Shown in pieces: positions 9,676-17,149 of a stretch of 64,000 nucleotides of DNA (positions within the stretch are counted from its first letter, which is position 1; every line of letters starts with the position of its first letter). The stretch is from IMG/VR virus record IMGVR_UViG_3300025099_000015. One strand, 5' to 3'. A program made the translations under genes and the position numbers. The notes below the pieces were generated by a model. It searched no databases. It was not told the DNA's origin and saw only the letters and a list, made by a program, of their open reading frames with translations. The stretch comes from an uncultured virus (IMG/VR IMGVR_UViG_3300025099_000015). Lineage: Duplodnaviria > Heunggongvirae > Uroviricota > Caudoviricetes.

Positions 9676-9954
9676 CTACTCCATTGTTTCATACATTCTT
9701 TGTTCTTTCAAATGACCTGAAAGCAAGTCATCTATCTTACCGAATAACTCCTCTGAGATGCCACCTATAAGTTTTCTATTCAAAGACAGCCAAATTGTAT
9801 GACATCTGTTAATTACTACCTTTGGTTTATCATCCTCATCCATCGTTATAATGATGGGAGGCATCTCCTCATTCTCGATATAGGTAAACTCTACTACTTT
9901 TCTTTCTTGTGTCATAGCCATATTAATTACTCTCCGATACGCCGCTTTTGTCAA
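9676..9954 (-). CDS. Hypothetical protein
   Basis: ORF in the operon; start probably at MAMTQ. Confidence 0.55.
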   Translation of the reverse strand: MTKAAYRRVINMAMTQERKVVEFTYIENEEMPPIIITMDEDDKPKVVINRCHTIWLSLNRKLIGGISEELFGKIDDLLSGHLKEQRMYETME

Positions 9955-10321
9955 GCATTTCTGACAATGCTTCCTGTTGAGCCATGTTATTTCTTTGAAT
10001 CTCTAGTTCATTATCTAGGTTCTTCAATCTCATTGTAGCAGAATCTACTACTTGTGATTCTGATAGTTGAGTCCACTTTGGCATGGTATCCCATTCAATT
10101 TTCAATATTAATCCGAATGCAATACTTACTACTTTGCCTGTATTTTCGTCTACTATATTCAAGAAGGAGTTAGCCATTGGCATATTTACATATGCTAATG
10201 TTCCTTCTATTACACGGAAAGTATCTTTATACTCTTCCGCTTCCTTATACTTGTCATAAGTATAAGTTACTCTCATTCTTTGTGTGTTTTCTTTCTTCCA
10301 ACTTTTCGTCATTTTAATCAT
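9923..10321 (-). CDS. Hypothetical protein
   Basis: 132-aa ORF in the operon. Confidence 0.6.
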   Translation of the reverse strand: MIKMTKSWKKENTQRMRVTYTYDKYKEAEEYKDTFRVIEGTLAYVNMPMANSFLNIVDENTGKVVSIAFGLILKIEWDTMPKWTQLSESQVVDSATMRLKNLDNELEIQRNNMAQQEALSEMLDKSGVSESN

Positions 10322-10435
10322 TCCTTTGTTTTAATTCATTGAACCAATTATTTATTGTGCAAGTGCATGGTTCCGCACTCCATTCAGATATCGCTATCTG
10401 TTTCATTATTATACCTTTTACGCATTCTCCACATT

Positions 10436-10690
10436 TCATTCTTCCACCTCTATTTCTTTTAATTGGTAGCCATCTTCTTCTGTGTAATCATACAACTCTT
10501 TGAGGATGATAACGCCATTGAAGTCATCATAGGCGTATTTATCATCGAGGTTTTCGTATTGGTCGTGCATGGTATAGTCATCCCTACACATAGTCCAACA
10601 ATCTGTAATACTCCATAATGCATTACATTCTTTACTTAATTCTTCAATATGTTCAAGCAATTGTTTTCTTGTCATGTTTTCTAATTTCAT
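10436..10690 (-). CDS. Hypothetical acidic protein
   Basis: 84-aa ORF with ATGA overlap to the upstream gene. Confidence 0.6.
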   Translation of the reverse strand: MKLENMTRKQLLEHIEELSKECNALWSITDCWTMCRDDYTMHDQYENLDDKYAYDDFNGVIILKELYDYTEEDGYQLKEIEVEE

Positions 10691-10875
10691 TCCTCTTCAT
10701 CTCCAAATGCTTCAGCAATATCGAGTATCAATTGCTTGTGTTTTAACATATCTAATGTTCCGTTAAACCTTTTGTCGTCATCGAAGATAAACGATATTCC
10801 CAATTTACCTTTGGGTACAGGGTCTCGCAAGATTAGTATTTGTGTTCCATTATTTATTTCATCTATTATATCCAT
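10687..10875 (-). CDS. Hypothetical protein
   Basis: 62-aa ORF preceded by GAGG. Confidence 0.55.
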   Translation of the reverse strand: MDIIDEINNGTQILILRDPVPKGKLGISFIFDDDKRFNGTLDMLKHKQLILDIAEAFGDEEE

Positions 10876-11056
10876 TTTAATTCCTCTGTTATATTATTGA
10901 GTTAGGAAGATAAGACCTTCACATTGCAGTGTGAAGTTGTCAGTGTCGCCTAGTCCTAGTTGCATTTTGATACAACCTATGAGACTTCAAATAACCATTT
11001 GATATACCAACATTATTCATCTTTTTAACGGACAAACCTAACTCAACGTGTGAGTT

Positions 11057-11614
11057 TTACTCTCTCATATTTATGAGTAATAATACAAGATAACCTATCA
11101 AGTCTTTAATCACATCTTCATCTGATTCCATACTATCATTACCTTGCACAATTCTATTAATTTTATCATCAATTCTTACCTTGATTTGTTCAGTTGTGTC
11201 AGCCGTAGAAAAGACTCTAACTGGCTGTAAAGCGGAGTCGCCATACTGAACATTTTTAGCCAAAAGCATTGTCTTAATTTCATCCATAAGTCCTGCTATT
11301 TTGACCTGGTTCTCACCAAGCACTTGCCTGTCTTTTATAGCCTTTGTTTGTGTGTTTGGTAAAGCACCTTGTTTCAACTTCTTTTGTGTTGTTACTGTCT
11401 TTGGTGTATAGTTTAAATTATTCATCATAATATGTTTCCTAGACACTTTATCTTTACCATATCTCTTAGGTAAAATACCTAACCCTTGTAGGTGGTAAAT
11501 CTTAGAAGTTACTTTACTTTGATTAACATTTAACTCTAATGCTATGTCCTTTGTTTTCATACCTTCTTTATATCGTTTAATTATTTTCTTTTCTTCTTTC
11601 TTGGTTAATACCAT
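11057..11614 (-). CDS. N-terminal HTH fused to DUF1599-like (nucleotide-modification-associated) domain
   Basis: GMKTKDIALELNV HTH; C-terminal KNVQYGDS...VRIDDKINRI...EDVIKDLIGYLVL pattern typical of DUF1599. Confidence 0.65.
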   Translation of the reverse strand: MVLTKKEEKKIIKRYKEGMKTKDIALELNVNQSKVTSKIYHLQGLGILPKRYGKDKVSRKHIMMNNLNYTPKTVTTQKKLKQGALPNTQTKAIKDRQVLGENQVKIAGLMDEIKTMLLAKNVQYGDSALQPVRVFSTADTTEQIKVRIDDKINRIVQGNDSMESDEDVIKDLIGYLVLLLINMRE

Positions 11615-11820
11615 TTCTTTTATTCTCCTTTTTGTGTTAAAAGCAAGCGCGCAATGTCTTCTTGGACAGAATAATACAGCAGTAGGGCAAGAAGCATTTC
11701 TAACCTTATTCTAATCCCATTGGAAACACATTTTGCACCAGATACTCTATGATAACTGATACAATTTAACTTGTTTTGACTGTCATTTCTAATTTCTAAC
11801 GTTTCTAACCCCCCATCAGG

Positions 11821-11848
11821 GTAGGTAGGTAGGTAGGTAGGTAGGTAG
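11821..11848 (+). repeat. (GTAG)7 perfect tetranucleotide tandem repeat
   Basis: Read directly from the sequence. Confidence 0.95.
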
Positions 11849-12601
11849 TTGTTATATATATTAGTTAGAAATATTATAATATTATAAATATATAATTTTA
11901 ACATACTTACTATACCCTAACCCACTCATTTTGAGCAAACTCATTTCCAATCCAAATTAGAAATTAGAAACGTATTCGATAAACTATCATATCATATAGG
12001 ATATGCCATATTGATATGTGTATAAGATAAGAGATATATTATACATAGATAGCCTTCTCGGTTCATTAATCCTAAACTATGCTTATTCACTGTATAATAA
12101 ATTAAGCCATTAAATGTAATAGGTATAAATAGGCCATTGGCGGAATGCGTGTTTAACAGGCCATTAGATTTTAATTGCCGCCGACATTACAATCAAATCG
12201 AGTTAGTATATATACTGCGCGGCACCACCTCGATGCCCTCGCTCTACAACACGCTATTCTTTTTTTATTACTCTACAACCATATGGTGGCAGAGAGTGTG
12301 CATTAAGCACAAGAGAATCGTCCTTGTGCATACCCTAAAAAACCCCTCGGGTAAGTCCTAAACCTTTTCATTCCATTCATTATGGACTACCATATGGTAG
12401 CAGATATTCAGGAGATGATATGTTATGAACGACAAAGAATAAGAATATCTGCGTATCCACAAATTGAGGCACATCTTTAGTGTGACCATATGGTTCTAAA
12501 CTTTGTCCATAGAACCAGAAGTTTTGGAGACAAGAATAGGTATATTTCAACCTATCCTTGCCTACCGTTGTCGCCGACCAAAACTAAAGTTCAGAAGGCG
12601 A

Positions 12602-13111
12602 TTATTCCTCCTCCTGAACTTCGGTATAAGATGCACATGCATCTAAGCCGTCAGTAGTACCATCCCATTCTTTGGATTTGAATAATTCTCTAGCAGTTTG
12701 CTTGGCTTTAGCCACTAGAGTATTTGCGTAGTCATCGGCATCTAAAAACACAGGTGCGCCTTTAGATTTACCATGCTTTCGTAACAGGGGTTGTGAATAA
12801 GTCTGAGTAGTGGTGAAAAACAGATGAGCCGCTTCTCTAATTTCTGCACAAGCAGTTTCAACAACCATACTTGCCTCAATAGACAATAGTCCTTGATTAC
12901 CTCTTCTCCAGACTACTTGACCTGATGGGAAATCTTTCAACATCGCTTTTACTGATGCCGCTAGTGCGGTTCGGTTTGCGACATTATTATCTCCTGTCTC
13001 CATTAGCATGCTTACTAATGTTTTCACATCAATAGGTATTTCACTATCAATATCCCCATCTAAGCATGAGGCTACTTTATTCTTTACATTATTCCAATTA
13101 CTTTCTTCCAT
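12602..13111 (-). CDS. Orphan protein, cassette paralog 1
   Basis: 169 aa; shares MEE/D-x-x-WN start, HGKS-x-G, D/E-YA, WDGT and terminal QEEE with 15305..15844; has its own promoter-like motif. Confidence 0.8.
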   Translation of the reverse strand: MEESNWNNVKNKVASCLDGDIDSEIPIDVKTLVSMLMETGDNNVANRTALAASVKAMLKDFPSGQVVWRRGNQGLLSIEASMVVETACAEIREAAHLFFTTTQTYSQPLLRKHGKSKGAPVFLDADDYANTLVAKAKQTARELFKSKEWDGTTDGLDACASYTEVQEEE

Positions 13112-13158
13112 TTTAATTACCTTCCAATAATCCTTTCTTCCCTTTAGTTAGGTCAGCG

Positions 13159-13217
13159 ACATTATAATCTAACATAGTTAGTATATAAGGGGTTCTTGAC
13201 AAAGTCGAACCATATGG
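13159..13217 (-). promoter_or_regulatory. Conserved archaeal-type promoter (cassette 1)
   Basis: Minus strand reads CCATATGG-ttcg-ACTTTGT...CCTTATATACTAACT-N7-ATTATAATGT; near-identical to 13589-13651 and 17089-17149. Confidence 0.7.
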
Positions 13218-13588
13218 TAGGCTTGCTGAGAAATTAGAGATATATGGCATTAAGCCATCTCCTCTGCAAAACGTAAGTGGGGATACCTCATTTGTGTGGA
13301 GAAATCTATCATGAACAAATAATGTATTTCACGGTATTACTAAGGTAGCACTATTATTGCGCTACCTTATTCATACTGTTATGTTCATACATTACCTTTT
13401 ATCACTTCATGACCCTCCATATGGTTGTAGCGAAGGGATTGTTTCATTCCATCAAGTCTTCAAAGGATGAATACATATACTCTTCTGATATTTCTTTATC
13501 AGGCGTATTCAGCCAACGAAGCGCAGATGCAATGATTACAATACCAAGTGTAAGCCCTAAAATCTGGTTCTGTCCAATCTACGATGAA

Positions 13589-13651
13589 CCATATGGTAGG
13601 ACAACTTTGTTAAGGACTACCTTAAATACTAACTAATATCTATTATAATGT
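13589..13651 (+). promoter_or_regulatory. Conserved archaeal-type promoter (cassette 2)
   Basis: CCATATGG-taggaca-ACTTTGT...CCTTAAATACTAACT-N7-ATTATAATGT. Confidence 0.7.
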
Positions 13652-13772
13652 AGACAGCCCACCAATGCTTGACCGCTATCCAACAACGTGATGATGCCAT
13701 GAGACAATCTAAACGTATTTATTGGAAGTATAGCCACTTGGTTAAGGGCTGTCTCACCCTTTGGTGATTTTA

Positions 13773-13976
13773 ATGAATAACGAAACTACTACTATTATAC
13801 AACAAGTAAATGCCCCTAAATATGCTATCAAATTAAAGCATATGAAATCAGGACAGAACATTGTCCTCTCTATTGAGGAATTGAAGGTATCTGGTGATGA
13901 CCTTTCTATGGTTATGTCCGAATTAAGACAGGCTTTAGACGAATATATGTCTATAACGGGGGAATCTGAAGATTAA
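13773..13976 (+). CDS. Small hypothetical protein (67 aa) in cassette 2
   Basis: ATG at 13773 preceded by GGTGA ribosome site; ORF track 13761..13976. Confidence 0.65.
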   Translation: MNNETTTIIQQVNAPKYAIKLKHMKSGQNIVLSIEELKVSGDDLSMVMSELRQALDEYMSITGESED

Positions 13977-15196
13977 CTTCAGGTTCTATAGACAAAGTTT
14001 AGAACCATATGGTGTTAGATAAAACGATACTGTGTAGATTATAATCTAGTCAGTTGGCATTAGGCCAAGTCTAGCACCAGAGGGGCGGATGTTAGGACGG
14101 GTAGATGATAAGAATACACTCAAAGACAAAATATATTTTTACAAGGTGCAAAAGGGGGCTTTACAGAGTTTTAACCGATAATATTACGCAGTGGCTTAAT
14201 GCCACTAAATGCTAAATTAATATCATCTGAATCTGCAAAACCCCACTCTTTGCACTCTCAGAAAAATATATTTTTCTTCAGTTCCATCTTTACACTACCA
14301 TATGGTTGATTTTACATAATCTACGAAAATGGAAACATTTGCGTAGTTTAGTTAAGCGGTTAGCGGAAGTCAATCCCATTTTTGGCAATCGGGAAATGTC
14401 TCGTAGTATTAATCGGTCAGAGCCGCCCTAGACCTCTATACTACGTTCCTTGCTTAATGCAACCATATGGTTATACATTGTTAGTGGAGGAGGTTTCCTC
14501 TCGGAACGCCATGTATAATCCTCATTTGGGGGTTTATGTTTTACCCTGTGCTTAATGCACACCCATATGGAAGTAGCGTTGTTGTAATGTGTCATTAAGA
14601 ACACTTGCTAGGCAAGGACAACGTTAGCGGTTTCCACAATGGGGTAAGTTATAGACCAGTCTATTAACAACCATATGGACAAGAGAAAATACGCATTAAG
14701 CGTAAATAACGTGGTTTAGGGCTTGACCCCATTCAAAAATGGGGCATGGTCTATACATTATACAGTTTACAATGTTCACGGTATAAGTAATGTAGCACTA
14801 TTACTGCGCTACCTTATTGATACCTAAATGTTCACATCAAACTGTATTTCAATTATGACCAACCATATGGTTGATAAACGTATGTAAGTGGCATTAAGCC
14901 ACATCTTGAGGACAGTTTACAATCCCAAGATATCGGATATTGTACCAACTAAGCCGACAACATGTCTTGACGGATGCTTCTCATCGTTACTCTACGACTA
15001 GACGATGACAAGTCTCCTTACAACCCATAACGTCTATCGTTTTACACTACCATATGGGTGTAACCCTTAAGGCACGAATGGCTAATTCTTTCGCTCAATC
15101 ACAATTATATATTCAACGTATTGCTAGGACTTAATGTCCTTACTAATATATAATTACTCTTCGCTACAAGCAATTACCAATTACCACTTCGTTGTT

Positions 15197-15257
15197 CCAT
15201 ATGGTGTGATACTTTGTGGATGAACACCTTAAATAGTAAGTTAAAATGACTGTAATG
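15197..15257 (+). promoter_or_regulatory. Conserved archaeal-type promoter (cassette 3)
   Basis: CCATATGG-tgtgat-ACTTTGT...CCTTAAATAGTAAGT-N7-ACTGTAATG. Confidence 0.65.
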
Positions 15258-15304
15258 AAGGTGGCCTAACACCTAGTTATTTATATAACTTGGAGGAATA
15301 AATT

Positions 15305-15844
15305 ATGGTAGATTACAGTATGGAAGATAACACATGGAATGCGAAGAAAGAATTGATTGCAGAATGGTTCGATGCGAACCCTCAACATGAGGGTAGACGA
15401 GTCATTGCTGATGGACTATTTGCGATAGGTGACATGCAAAGCGACCTTCGTAAGAAGCATTGGTCTAGCATTAGTGGGATATTTGCTGATTTGAGCAATT
15501 CCCCTATTGGCGGCGGTAGAAGGTCATTGATGACAACCGCTATTAAATCGGATTTTGATACATACAAAGCAGATTATTGGCAGTATCAATATGACGTAGC
15601 ATACAATCAAGAACGCGGTTTTGCTAAAACACACGGTAAATCCGGCGGTGTCCTCTATAGAGATATGGATGATGGCCGCACAGAATACGCTGACAATCAA
15701 ACTAAGGTTATGTCCTTATTTTTGAGTCAATGCTACAATGCGTATGCTAAGAATGACGTATCAAAGCGTTATTTCTGGGATGGGACTTTCACACTAGAAG
15801 GTTATCCTAATGTAGTAGATAATGGGGGACAAGAAGAAGAGTGA
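15305..15844 (+). CDS. Orphan protein, cassette paralog 2
   Basis: 179 aa, GGAGG ribosome site; MEDNTWN, KTHGKSGG, EYAD, FWDGT, QEEE shared with 12602..13111. Confidence 0.8.
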   Translation: MVDYSMEDNTWNAKKELIAEWFDANPQHEGRRVIADGLFAIGDMQSDLRKKHWSSISGIFADLSNSPIGGGRRSLMTTAIKSDFDTYKADYWQYQYDVAYNQERGFAKTHGKSGGVLYRDMDDGRTEYADNQTKVMSLFLSQCYNAYAKNDVSKRYFWDGTFTLEGYPNVVDNGGQEEE

Positions 15845-16669
15845 TTAGGTGATAGGCCACCTTCACCCTTCTTTTTGTCCCTTTTTTCAGGTTCACGTTC
15901 TTTTAACAAAGTATTACCACTCCCACCATATGGTTGCAGTTCGTGATAAACACGGCCAACGGCAGTAGTTTATCTAACGATACAAATACATAGTTTGCCC
16001 CAGGTCTTAAACTTTATGTGGAGAGAGAGCATTGTCAAATCTACTTCGTAGCAGACTTAATGTCCTTTGTATGACTAATGCCCCCCATCCATATGGTGTT
16101 AGGAAGAACTATACTTATTAGTTCATAGAAACTAAGAAGTGGCGTTAAGCCAAGTCTAACACCAGATAACCTGAAGTCTCCCGCCCTCAAGACGGGTAGA
16201 TGATAAGAATCACTAGAATAAATAATATTTATGCGGGACATTTGTGTAGCGTATACGTGCTTTCCCTATACGCATTATGAATACAAGGGCTAAATGCCCT
16301 ATACTGTATTATTCATAATACTAGAAAAGCACCGTAATCGCACACACCATACCCGCATAAATATATTTATCCTGTTCCTTTCTTTACACTACCATATGGT
16401 GTCATAACGTAGTATAGATAGTCCCCAATACGTTTGGGGTCGGCCTAAGTCTTCCCACCACGGTTCTAGGCATAATGCCTGAGACTAGACTCCTACCATA
16501 TGGAACAATGAAATGGTTTTTTGTGATTTTTGAAATGGTGAAGGTTTTTTAACATGGTATAGTGCATTTAGCACTTGATTACAATTAATGTGAAAAAGCG
16601 TGAAGCCATGAAATAATAACGAAAAAGTCTCCTTAAGGGCTACACCCATATGGGTGTATACTTTGTTAA

Positions 16670-17090
16670 TAAACCCACAAGGTCGAGCGTTGTTTATAAC
16701 ACCTGCAACCTACTAACGCACTAATGGCTAGCCTTTCGGTTGGATGCACTGGAATAACTTACGGGATTTCCACTTCTATTTCCCACTCGTTTATGTGGTC
16801 TAGTTTTTTATTTTATGAGTCCATTAAACTATCGTTTGGCTCAATCCTTGAAACTAGAAAAACAGGGGAGTGAGTGGGTTGATATTTCTACCGTCCACCA
16901 ATTCTGAATGGGTATCTATATTCGCATGTAGCATTCACCCCAGAAAACTTACCATAGAAGAGTTACCTTCCTTTCACTGACCGACTTATTATTATCGGCC
17001 TCGTTGTTCCACCACAGAACATGGCATTCCATTAGCCCTAGATAACGGACTTATTCTGGCACACTCATGTCGAGTTACGTTTCCTCGACA
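16670..17090 (-). ncRNA. Putative ~420-nt structured non-coding RNA (cassette 4)
   Basis: Downstream of a conserved promoter, no ORF of 60 aa or more in the track, several stems (ATGTCGAG/CTCGACAT, CTAATGG/CCATTAG, CCCACTC/GAGTGGG, CTAGTTT/AAACTAG). Ends are approximate. Confidence 0.5.
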
Positions 17091-17149
17091 TTATAATAGA
17101 TATTGATTAGTATTTAAGGTGTTATACCACAAAGTATAACACCATATGG
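17088..17149 (-). promoter_or_regulatory. Conserved archaeal-type promoter (cassette 4)
   Basis: Minus strand reads CCATATGG-tgttat-ACTTTGT...CCTTAAATACTAATCAATATCTATTATAATGT, almost identical to 13620-13651. Confidence 0.7.

Noticed and set aside
40..10875. Many proteins ending in EEE or GGQ-like tails as a possible C-terminal signal
   Set aside because: Largely explained by the next gene's GGAGG/GAGGA ribosome site overlapping the last codons.
11620..11904. ORF with YLPTYLPTY repeat
   Set aside because: It is the translation of the (GTAG)7 repeat and AT-rich tract; probably not a gene.
13159..13190. Resemblance of ATTATA...TTAGTATA to Borrelia hairpin-telomere boxes
   Set aside because: No dyad symmetry around the motif and no telomere resolvase seen; it fits a TATA promoter with correct spacing to the transcript stems.
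13689..13695. C-box-like GTGATGA suggesting a C/D box sRNA
   Set aside because: No properly placed CTGA D box; the segment is explained as part of a long hairpin.
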